Part shown: positions 9,014-16,313 of the stretch, piece by piece
Numbering within the stretch: position 1 is the first letter of the stretch
Layout: each line of letters starts with the position of its first letter
From: Candidatus Aenigmatarchaeota archaeon
GTDB taxonomy: Archaea; Aenigmatarchaeota; Aenigmatarchaeia; QMZP01; QMZT01
Length of the DNA stretch: 64,000 nucleotides
Reading direction: 5' to 3'
Assembly: GCA_026397315.1 (NCBI GenBank)
Contig: JAPLVC010000005.1
Coordinates: forward strand, 2,088-66,087
Notes under the pieces: model-generated
Databases searched by the model: none
The model's input: only the letters and a program-made list of their open reading frames with translations
What the model was told of the DNA's origin: nothing
Made by a program: the position numbers and the translations under genes

Positions 9014-9036
9014 TTTTGTTCCATTTGTGACAACAT

Positions 9037-9648
9037 ATGAAATCCAAAGCTTTCGGCTCCATTTCAGTATCTGAAAAGGTGCGGCTCTATATCAAGGGAA
9101 AGCCGTACCTGCAGGAAGCGCTTGAAAGAAACATAGTGAACTATTCAGCGCTCGCGAGAGTAATAGAAGGGGAAATGGGCGGTAAAAAATTCGACGCCGT
9201 AAAGGCGGCTCTCATGAGGCTTGGCAGGAGATTCGCAAATGAAAGAAGGAATGCCGAGCAGAGGATGCTGAAAGTCGTCAGGTCTAGCAGGCTTGAAATG
9301 CGGGACAGGATAGCCGTAATCATCTCGGGTGGCAGGCTGGACGTACCTGCCATAGCTTCCGCTAAAAGCGCAAGCGGTTATACCTATATAATAGATGAGC
9401 GCGATGCGGATAACGTCAAAAACAGAAATCTGCTTAAAGTTCAGACTGGCCTGAGCATGATAACCATCATCAGTCAGGAGTCACTAGAGGACACGCCCGG
9501 CGTGATAGCCTATTTTCTGTCGTCGCTCGCGGCCGAGAACATAAACGTCGTCGAGTTCGTTTCCTGCTACAGGGACACGTTGCTGGTTTTCAAGGACGCG
9601 AACGTGACAAAAGCGATAGAAATATTGTCCGGGAATCTAAAGGTGTGA
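9037..9648 (+). CDS. ACT domain-containing regulatory protein
   Basis: 203 aa. The C-terminal 70 aa (LSMITIISQESLEDTPGVIAYFLSSLAAENINVVEFVSCYRDTLLVF) fit the ACT fold pattern, and an N-terminal helical/HTH-like region precedes it. Confidence 0.6.
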   Translation: MKSKAFGSISVSEKVRLYIKGKPYLQEALERNIVNYSALARVIEGEMGGKKFDAVKAALMRLGRRFANERRNAEQRMLKVVRSSRLEMRDRIAVIISGGRLDVPAIASAKSASGYTYIIDERDADNVKNRNLLKVQTGLSMITIISQESLEDTPGVIAYFLSSLAAENINVVEFVSCYRDTLLVFKDANVTKAIEILSGNLKV

Positions 9649-9650
9649 TT

Positions 9651-10040
9651 ATGATAAATTACGAGCGTGCTCCGGACATAGACAAGCGTGCGCGTGAAAT
9701 AATAGCGAAGCTCGGCATGGAGCACATCGACCTGTCGCGCGTGTGGTTCATGCGCTCGCGCGGCTCGCAGAGTCGGTATACGTTAGCGCGGATACACGTC
9801 CTCCCTCGCATAATGCAGAAGGCGCTCGGCATTCCTACACAGTATGTCATAGAAGTAATAACGGAAAAATTCGACCGGCTACCATACGACGACCAGACCA
9901 AGACAATAATACACGAGCTGATGCACATACCAGAGTCGTTTGGTGGCGGCTTCCGCCATCACAGGCCTTTTGTCAACAAGAAAACAGTTGAGGAAATGCA
10001 CAGAAAATACACCGGCAGAAAAAGGCTGTTCGATTTCTGA
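9651..10040 (+). CDS. predicted zinc metallopeptidase (SprT/Wss1-like, HExxH)
   Basis: I take the ATG at 9651, with AAGGTG upstream, because the ORF-track start at 9645 is GTG. It carries an HELMH zinc-binding motif in a roughly 130-aa archaeal putative-metallopeptidase architecture. Confidence 0.7.
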   Translation: MINYERAPDIDKRAREIIAKLGMEHIDLSRVWFMRSRGSQSRYTLARIHVLPRIMQKALGIPTQYVIEVITEKFDRLPYDDQTKTIIHELMHIPESFGGGFRHHRPFVNKKTVEEMHRKYTGRKRLFDF

Positions 10041-10041
10041 A

Positions 10042-10818
10042 TCAGAAGCGAACGATATCGAGCATTTTTTTGTGAAGTTCCGGGTTCGCCGCTAGGACGC
10101 CCATCCTCACCATTTCCAAAGGCGCGCCGGAAGGCGACGTGACTTTAGCTCCGGCTTCCTTGGCGATAAGCGAGGACGCCGCGAAATCCCAAGGGCTGAG
10201 GACGTATTCCCAGTAGCCGTCCACGCGGCCGCATGCTACGTAGCACATATCGAGAGCGGCAGCGCCATCCCTGCGCACGCCGTGAACATTTCTTGTCAGG
10301 AAGTCACCCATTTTTTCCAGCGTTTTGCGCATGATTTTCCCGCGCTCATAATAGAAGCCAGTGACCAGAAGCGAGTCTTTGAGTTCCGTCGCTTTCGAAA
10401 CGCTTATCCTTTTGCCGTTGAGATACGCTCCGTGACCAGCAACGGCGTGGAACATCTCGTCCCTTAGCGGGTCATAAACCACGCCCAGCGACTGTACTCC
10501 ATTCCTTACGAGGGCTATGGAAACGCAGAAGAAAGGGTAACCGTGGGTGAAATTGGTTGTCCCGTCGAGGGGGTCGATTATCCACATGTTTTCGTTGTTT
10601 TTTATGCTGCTCCCCTCTTCAGCCATTATGCCGTGGCCTGGAAAACGCTTCCTTATCAGCGATGTTATCAACTTCTCGGAGTTTTTGTCGACGTTTGTGA
10701 CAAAATCATTCTCTGATTTGAACGCGAGAATTCTCCTGCTGTCGGCCTGGCTCACGATGAGTTTTCCAGCCTTCCTGGCGGCCTCCTTGGCGAAAACTAG
10801 CTCTTTATTTTGTTTCAT
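10042..10818 (-). CDS. suhB: inositol monophosphatase / fructose-1,6-bisphosphatase family protein
   Basis: 258 aa with the signatures WIIDPLDGTTNF and the C-terminal WDFAASSLI. Confidence 0.9.
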   Translation of the reverse strand: MKQNKELVFAKEAARKAGKLIVSQADSRRILAFKSENDFVTNVDKNSEKLITSLIRKRFPGHGIMAEEGSSIKNNENMWIIDPLDGTTNFTHGYPFFCVSIALVRNGVQSLGVVYDPLRDEMFHAVAGHGAYLNGKRISVSKATELKDSLLVTGFYYERGKIMRKTLEKMGDFLTRNVHGVRRDGAAALDMCYVACGRVDGYWEYVLSPWDFAASSLIAKEAGAKVTSPSGAPLEMVRMGVLAANPELHKKMLDIVRF

Positions 10819-11116
10819 CTTCTATCCACTTGGTGAACTCTTTCGAGCCTCCGATAATCGGAAGCGCTATGATCTCCGGGTTGGTGTACTGGTGCACAGA
10901 TTTGACTTTTTTTATCAGTTCGCGAAGGACGGTTTTCTTTGTCTTCACGACTAGTAGCGCTTCGTCTGCCATGTGTATTTTGCCTGTCCACCAGAACTTG
11001 GACTTGAGGCCGGGAATTATGTTCACGCACGCGGCCAGGCGCTCCCTGAGAAGCATGTCCGCTACCCTTTCGCCTTCTTCCCCGCCCGGACACGTTATCA
11101 GCACAACAATATACAT
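10805..11116 (-). CDS. cutA: divalent-cation tolerance protein CutA
   Basis: 103 aa. LAACVNIIPGLKSKFWWTGKI and the HQYTNPEIIALPI blocks are typical of CutA1. It overlaps the start of the downstream suhB by 14 nt. Confidence 0.85.
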   Translation of the reverse strand: MYIVVLITCPGGEEGERVADMLLRERLAACVNIIPGLKSKFWWTGKIHMADEALLVVKTKKTVLRELIKKVKSVHQYTNPEIIALPIIGGSKEFTKWIEDETK

Positions 11117-11126
11117 ACAGCAACCT

Positions 11127-11807
11127 TCATTCTATGGATGTGCCGGTGAAACCCTTGCAACTTATGGCTTTTTTCATGTTCTCCAGATTCCTCCCGTCCA
11201 GCAGTATGGCCCTTATTTTGGTTTTTTCAAGCAGTCGTGCGGCAACCTGGTCCATGACGATCAGGGGGCCGGCAACATGCTTCTTGACCTTCACCATGCG
11301 GTAAAGATCCTGAGTTTTTATATTCTTTATCATCTTGGCGCTTTTGTATTTCCTCGGGTCTTTGTCGTATACACCCTTGACATCGGTGCCTATTATTATC
11401 AAATTCGCTCGGAAGAACTGGGCCGCGGCCACTGCGACGGCGTTAGTCGTCTGGCCCGGCACGGTGCCGCCCATGACCACGACCTTGCGTGTGAAAATGC
11501 CGTGCTCCAGCTCTTCCTTGTTTTTGACGATTTTCGGATATGCGTGCTTCCCTAGCGATGCCATCACGACCATGGCGTTCATGCGCGCGCCCAGAATGCC
11601 CATGCTGTCGAGCAGACTCTCGGAAGGGTTGAGCGTCCTAGTAGATCGTATGTAGTCCTTGGTCATCTTGCCGCCGCCGACTACGATGATTATGTCGTTT
11701 TTTCTTTTAATTTCCAGCAGGAATTTTGAAAGCTTTTTGACATAATTAATGTCCGGCACGCCCCTCGGACATATTATCGAGCCGCCTATTTTGAAAACTA
11801 TGCGCAT
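11127..11807 (-). CDS. pyrH: UMP kinase (archaeal type)
   Basis: 226 aa. It has the amino-acid-kinase fold N-terminus MRIVFKIGGS, and VVGGG and GTDVKGVYDKDP blocks. Confidence 0.9.
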   Translation of the reverse strand: MRIVFKIGGSIICPRGVPDINYVKKLSKFLLEIKRKNDIIIVVGGGKMTKDYIRSTRTLNPSESLLDSMGILGARMNAMVVMASLGKHAYPKIVKNKEELEHGIFTRKVVVMGGTVPGQTTNAVAVAAAQFFRANLIIIGTDVKGVYDKDPRKYKSAKMIKNIKTQDLYRMVKVKKHVAGPLIVMDQVAARLLEKTKIRAILLDGRNLENMKKAISCKGFTGTSIE

Positions 11808-11870
11808 ACCAACACCTCGGTAATAATATGGTTTCCTGATATTTATTTTTCAAAATCAGGTGGGAGCGAT

Positions 11871-12386
11871 TTACGCCTTTCTGAGGCCGCGCATTTTCTT
11901 GCCGGACGATGTAAGGCCTTTGTAAACTCTGCCGGCATGCTGCTTCTCGGTAATCCAATTTCTTTCGCTGTCGCTCGCTATGACCGGGCTTTCAGGATCG
12001 ACCAGTATGACTTCAAACCACTCGAACTGGCCGTCTTCTCCGACAAAATAAGAATTAAGTATCTCCATGTTGGGGAACTTCCTTGCAGCGCGCTCCTCGC
12101 CCATTATCTGGTTGGACTTGCCGGACGAGAAGAAGCGTCCTCTCTTGCTGGGTCCGCGGCCGCCCGTGAATTTGGGACGCTTTCGTTTGCCCTTCATGAC
12201 GCGCACTCTGGCTACGACGAAGCCCTGCTTGGCCTTGTAACCAAGCGTCCTGGCCCTGTCGATCCTGGTCGGCCCGTCCAGTTTGATGACTACATTCTCG
12301 TTCCTCCAGGCAATAATCCTTTCCTTCCACAGGCTGCCCAGATTCTGCCTCGGTTTCTTCCATAACTGCTTCATGTTTCTGATCAT
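11871..12386 (-). CDS. rpl15e: ribosomal protein eL15
   Basis: The sequence is strongly basic, with WKKPRQNLGSLWKERIIAWR and RGRKRPKFTGGRGPSKRGR blocks typical of L15e. I prefer the ATG at 12386 over the GTG at 12395. Confidence 0.9.
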   Translation of the reverse strand: MIRNMKQLWKKPRQNLGSLWKERIIAWRNENVVIKLDGPTRIDRARTLGYKAKQGFVVARVRVMKGKRKRPKFTGGRGPSKRGRFFSSGKSNQIMGEERAARKFPNMEILNSYFVGEDGQFEWFEVILVDPESPVIASDSERNWITEKQHAGRVYKGLTSSGKKMRGLRKA

Positions 12387-12490
12387 ACCGACCACTGTAG
12401 GAATGATTTAGAATGATTAGATATTTAAACATATTTTGGCATGAAAGCTATAAAAACTTATACGGCCAATTCTATTTCAGAGGTGTAAAT

Positions 12491-12769
12491 ATGCACGCAG
12501 TAGTGAAAATAATATTGGGACTTGTGCTTGTGCTGGTTGGTCTTGGGCTTTTCGTTGACTCGGTTTACCCCATAATGGGCGTAAAGGGAACGTTCGGGAT
12601 AGACTGGCTTAGCAACTTCGTAATCGTGCTCACGGGCGTCATACCGATATTCCTGATACTCATCGGCCTGTTCATAGTGTGGCTGGAAGCCGATGAAATG
12701 AAGACCGCCAAGGAATTCCAGGAGCCGATTGAGGAAGTAAAGGAAGAGAAGAAGCGCAAGAAGAAATAA
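12491..12769 (+). CDS. small two-TM membrane protein with a Lys/Glu-rich tail
   Basis: I take the ATG at 12491, preceded by AGAGGTG. It has two clear hydrophobic helices and a charged C-terminus (EEVKEEKKRKKK). Confidence 0.5.
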   Translation: MHAVVKIILGLVLVLVGLGLFVDSVYPIMGVKGTFGIDWLSNFVIVLTGVIPIFLILIGLFIVWLEADEMKTAKEFQEPIEEVKEEKKRKKK

Positions 12770-12770
12770 G

Positions 12771-14495
12771 CTACAAATCGGTTCTCTGAACAATGGAATC
12801 CTTTATATCTACATTCTTGTCTTTTTTCCTGATTTTTTCCCCTATTTTTGAACGTTGAACTATAGAATCTATTATGTTTATGGTCTCGCTGACCTCGATT
12901 TTCTGTATTTCAGTCGCCAGCGACATGGCTATGACCGTGTATTTGACTATGTCGGCAATCTTTTCTGCCAGATTTTCAAGCTCTTCGTCCTTAGATGAGT
13001 ATAGCTTGAAGGCGACGTGAACAAGACCGTCTTCTTCTCTGAGCACGCAGGTAAGAAGGTAAGTGTCGCCGTCGCTGGACTCGCCGGAAAAAAGATACAG
13101 CCTTTCATTGTCGAACTCGTGACCTGCGACCGGCGCGAAATCCCTGCATTCCTCCAGGACGTGGCTCGAAACCGTCTTTATGTTGGTGCCTTTTAGCGTG
13201 TATCCTTTTATCGCCGAGCGGAAGCCTGCCTTCATTTTCACATACTCGTGCTCGCTTATTTCTTTCGGATGCATGAAGTTCTGCAGGAACCTCCTGAATT
13301 TCTGGGTATAATTGAGCTTGTCCATGTTCTCTTTACTGGCCTGGCCGTCGCTATCGGCTATCGTAGTCGCCTGCTTCAGCGACTCTTCGAGGACGAATGG
13401 CTCCATATCCTTGATGAAATTTCTGCCGCACAGGTCGTGGAAGCTTACCGTGGGTTTGAGCACCGTTTTGCCCGTGACCGTCGGCAGTATTTTGAAAACG
13501 AAGCCCTTCTCCTCTCCGGGATTTATCTTGTCTATTTCGTAACCGCTCACCGGGTCGACCTTGATTTCAACCGGAAAATTCATGACCAGGTTTACATCAC
13601 CTATGGGTTGCCTGGAATTATTGGAGACGGAAACCACGAAATATGATTTCTTGCCGACTTCCAGCTTTTCCCTGAGATACGGCCTCACATCGATGTTCGG
13701 AATGACGCACATTCTCGGCGGCTCTATCTCGCTTTCCATGCGTTCGCCCCTGGCGTTTTTCCATTCAACTTTGGCGTAAAGCGGCTTCGCGTTTTCGGAA
13801 GGTGTGATCATGTAGCTGAGCGCTCTGGACTCGCCGGGCTTCATGGAGGCCACGTTCTCGAGGACGTTCGCCTTTACGCCGAGTATCCTTATATCACTGA
13901 GTGTCTCTTTCGTGTCGTTTCTCAGCGTGAGTGTCATTTTTACTTTTTCGCCTTCCTTTACCACGTTGCTTTCGCAGGTATGGCTTATGCTGAGATGCGG
14001 GGCGATTCTGGCGATGTCATGTATCCTTTTTTCTATCTCCTCGCTGTACTCGATATCGAGGGATTTTTTGTAGTTTTTGATTGCCAGATTGTAATCTCCC
14101 ATCTTCTCGGCCGCCTGCCCCATCAGGTTGTAGCACCACTGGATCGCATAAAGGGAGCCGGCGTGAGTGAAATAGTCTATCGCCTTGTTTGCGAAGCTTA
14201 TGGTATTGTTTAAGTCGCTGAAAGAGAACGAGTAAAAAGCAGCGGACTTGTATGCCCAGCCCACGTTGAAATCCTTGCCCAGCTTGAGGTTGCACTGCAC
14301 CTCTTCAAGACAGAAATCTACCGCCCTTTTGTCGTTTATCGATTCAGCCAGTCTGGCGGCCTCCTGATAAATTTCAGCCGCTTCAGCGCACTTGCCTGAC
14401 TTGGCCATTTTTTCCGCTTTTTTGGCCAGGTTTTCCATTTCTTTGGCAGTCTTTTTTATTTCCTTCGCATTGGCGGGGGACTGTTGTTTGTCCAT
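12771..14495 (-). CDS. cytoplasmic TPR/MIT-like plus tandem beta-sandwich (CARDB/DUF11-like) protein, third gene of the ESCRT-III/Vps4 operon
   Basis: 574 aa with no signal peptide. The N-terminal roughly 170 aa are helical-repeat (AEIYQEAARLAE, YNLMGQAAEKMGDYNLAIKNYKKSL). Two Ig-like segments follow (VKEGEKVKMTLTLRNDT..., KKSYFVVSVSNNSRQPIGDVNLVMNF...). The C-terminus carries a duplicated DSIVQR(S/T) motif. Its start is 38 nt downstream of the vps4 stop. Confidence 0.7.
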   Translation of the reverse strand: MDKQQSPANAKEIKKTAKEMENLAKKAEKMAKSGKCAEAAEIYQEAARLAESINDKRAVDFCLEEVQCNLKLGKDFNVGWAYKSAAFYSFSFSDLNNTISFANKAIDYFTHAGSLYAIQWCYNLMGQAAEKMGDYNLAIKNYKKSLDIEYSEEIEKRIHDIARIAPHLSISHTCESNVVKEGEKVKMTLTLRNDTKETLSDIRILGVKANVLENVASMKPGESRALSYMITPSENAKPLYAKVEWKNARGERMESEIEPPRMCVIPNIDVRPYLREKLEVGKKSYFVVSVSNNSRQPIGDVNLVMNFPVEIKVDPVSGYEIDKINPGEEKGFVFKILPTVTGKTVLKPTVSFHDLCGRNFIKDMEPFVLEESLKQATTIADSDGQASKENMDKLNYTQKFRRFLQNFMHPKEISEHEYVKMKAGFRSAIKGYTLKGTNIKTVSSHVLEECRDFAPVAGHEFDNERLYLFSGESSDGDTYLLTCVLREEDGLVHVAFKLYSSKDEELENLAEKIADIVKYTVIAMSLATEIQKIEVSETINIIDSIVQRSKIGEKIRKKDKNVDIKDSIVQRTDL

Positions 14496-14533
14496 AAGAA
14501 AAATTGAACGCTAAACTTTATAATGTCAGCGTC

Positions 14534-15637
14534 TCAGACGCTGAGGTTTTCCTTCCAGTCATCGTATCTCTTTATCAGTTTCTGGCTCACGGTCTTCTTT
14601 ATTTTTGAAAGCGCGTATGTAAAATCGTCTTTCGTCAACGGCCTGTATTTAATGGCGTATTTCTCTACCTGTGTCGCTGTCATATCTTCGAGATTCGGGT
14701 TCTGCTCGCGTATCATGAACATTATGGCCTCGCGACATATGCTGGCTATATCCCTTCCGGAATAGCCCTCGCTTATTTCTGCCAGACCATCCGCGGTGAT
14801 GCCGGAGAGCGACGAGCCTTTCACGTGTATTTCGAATATCTTCCTTCTCGAATCAACATCAGGCAACGGCACGTATATCTTCCTCTGGAACCTCGATATC
14901 ATAGCGTCATCGAGATCCCATGGCCTGTTCGTGGCGGCCATTATTATGACCTTCTCGTCCTTCTTGGTCGAGAAGCCGTCTATCTCTACGAGCAGCTGGG
15001 ATATGACCCTTCTCGTCGCCTCGTGAACGCCAGCTTCCCTCGTGATCATTATTGAGTCGAACTCGTCCATGAAAATAAGCGAGGGCTGGTTTTTTCTTGC
15101 CTTGTCGAAAAGCGCGCCTATGATCTTCTCGGATTCGCCATAATATTTGGAGAGGAGAGTCGATGTCTTCGCCTCGAAAAAATTCGCTTTTAGCGTGTTG
15201 CTGGCCGCCTTGGCTAGCAGCGTTTTTCCGGTTCCCGGAGGACCGTAAAGCAGTATCGTGCGCGGCACCTCCACAAACGCCGGTTTGCCGACGATCATGG
15301 GGAGGATTATAGATTCCCTGACCTCGCGCTTCGCTTCCTTGAGGCCGCCTATGTCCTCCCACTTCGTCGTGGGCTTTTCGTAAACTATCATCTTGTCTAT
15401 TGGCTGCTCGGACTTCGCCTTTCCAGCGCCGCTAACGCCTTCGAACTGGTCTGCCGAATGGAACAGCGACTCTGCCTCGTTTCTGGGAGATATGTAAGCC
15501 AGACGCCTGTAAATAGATGCGGCAACCTTGTAATGCGTTGTCGCCTGCTTTGATTTGCCGTCCGCTTCAAGCTTCCTTGCAGTATCCAGTTCGTGCTGGA
15601 GCTGCTGTTTCAAAAGCGACTCTCTCAGTTCGCCCAT
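14534..15637 (-). CDS. vps4: Vps4/CdvC-like AAA+ ATPase (meiotic clade) with an N-terminal MIT-like domain
   Basis: 367 aa. It has an N-terminal three-helix region, Walker A GPPGTGKT, Walker B LIFMDEFD, and the SRFQRKIYVPLPD block characteristic of the Vps4/katanin/spastin clade. Confidence 0.85.
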   Translation of the reverse strand: MGELRESLLKQQLQHELDTARKLEADGKSKQATTHYKVAASIYRRLAYISPRNEAESLFHSADQFEGVSGAGKAKSEQPIDKMIVYEKPTTKWEDIGGLKEAKREVRESIILPMIVGKPAFVEVPRTILLYGPPGTGKTLLAKAASNTLKANFFEAKTSTLLSKYYGESEKIIGALFDKARKNQPSLIFMDEFDSIMITREAGVHEATRRVISQLLVEIDGFSTKKDEKVIIMAATNRPWDLDDAMISRFQRKIYVPLPDVDSRRKIFEIHVKGSSLSGITADGLAEISEGYSGRDIASICREAIMFMIREQNPNLEDMTATQVEKYAIKYRPLTKDDFTYALSKIKKTVSQKLIKRYDDWKENLSV

Positions 15638-15656
15638 CAGACCACCAGAAGAAAAA

Positions 15657-16268
15657 TCACTCTGTGTCCTCTTCCTTCTTTTCCTCTGTTATTGACTTCG
15701 CTTTCTCGCCGGCCATGCGCATTGCCGTTTCTTCGTCTACCTTTTCCAAATCGTTTATGGCGTGCATGAGCTCCTGCGATTCCTCATCGACAAGCATCTG
15801 CTGTTTGCCGAAGACCCGTTCCAGCTTTTCCTTTACCTTGTCCAGGCGGCCTTCTTCCAACGCTTCCCTGACGTCGGTATCGGTAAGCACTTCACTCAGC
15901 CTGTCCATGTCCGTGTCAAGAATTTCCTTCGCGATGGATGAAATCTGTTCACTCTTCTCGCGCTGTTTCATGGCCTGGACAAGCAGTATGAGCTGCAGTT
16001 CGCGGAGAAAATGAGACGCTTCAATCTGCTTCGTGCGCGACTCGAGGCTCAATGCCTTGATCTTCTGCACGTTCAGCATCTTGAGCGTGTTGGGCTGCCC
16101 TTTGGATTCGAGCATGAGCTTCTGGATTTTTTCGGCAATGCCCCTGAGGTCGTCAGAAATCCTCTCAATTTCCTTTTCTATTTTGAGGCGTTCCTTGAGC
16201 AAATCGTTGTCTTTTATGGAAAAAATGTCCTTGCCGAATCTCGATTTGATGAATTTCTTGAAATCCAT
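15657..16268 (-). CDS. cdvB: ESCRT-III (Snf7/CdvB)-like coiled-coil protein
   Basis: About 203 aa from the ATG at 16268 (the ORF-track start at 16277 is GTG, and GGTGA lies 6 nt upstream of the ATG). The N-terminal helical hairpin is basic and the C-terminus is acidic (EEKKEEDTE). An MDRLSEVLTDTDVREALEE segment resembles the Snf7 alpha4-5 region. The gene sits 19 nt upstream of vps4. Confidence 0.6.
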   Translation of the reverse strand: MDFKKFIKSRFGKDIFSIKDNDLLKERLKIEKEIERISDDLRGIAEKIQKLMLESKGQPNTLKMLNVQKIKALSLESRTKQIEASHFLRELQLILLVQAMKQREKSEQISSIAKEILDTDMDRLSEVLTDTDVREALEEGRLDKVKEKLERVFGKQQMLVDEESQELMHAINDLEKVDEETAMRMAGEKAKSITEEKKEEDTE

Positions 16269-16313
16269 CGCTCTCACCTTGATATTTATTTTGACTGTCT
16301 TAAATATAAAGGT
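16269..16313. promoter_or_regulatory. 45-bp shared divergent control region with two interdigitated TATA-like boxes
   Basis: The sequence is CGCTCTCACCTTGATATTTATTTTGACTGTCTTAAATATAAAGGT. ATATTTATTTT (16282-16292) lies 22-32 nt upstream of the plus-strand ATG at 16314. TTTATATTTA on the minus strand (16301-16310) lies 32-41 nt upstream of the cdvB ATG. Confidence 0.6.

Noticed and set aside
10830-11555. A 241-aa plus-strand ORF.
   Set aside because: It is antisense to the clearly recognisable cutA and pyrH genes, and its low-complexity Ser/Phe-rich translation matches no motif.
11808-11870. The imperfect inverted repeat CCTGATATTT...AAAATCAGG between rpl15e and pyrH, considered as a regulatory RNA element.
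   Set aside because: It is short and A/T-rich, and it coincides with the expected terminator and TATA region between two co-directional genes. Nothing distinguishes it from an ordinary spacer.
16011-16313. The 5' extension of the giant ORF; the ORF track gives 16011-20060, 1349 aa.
   Set aside because: The first 101 codons run antisense through the cdvB-like gene and encode low-quality sequence. The ATG at 16314 is followed at once by a class III signal peptide and preceded by a TATA-like box.
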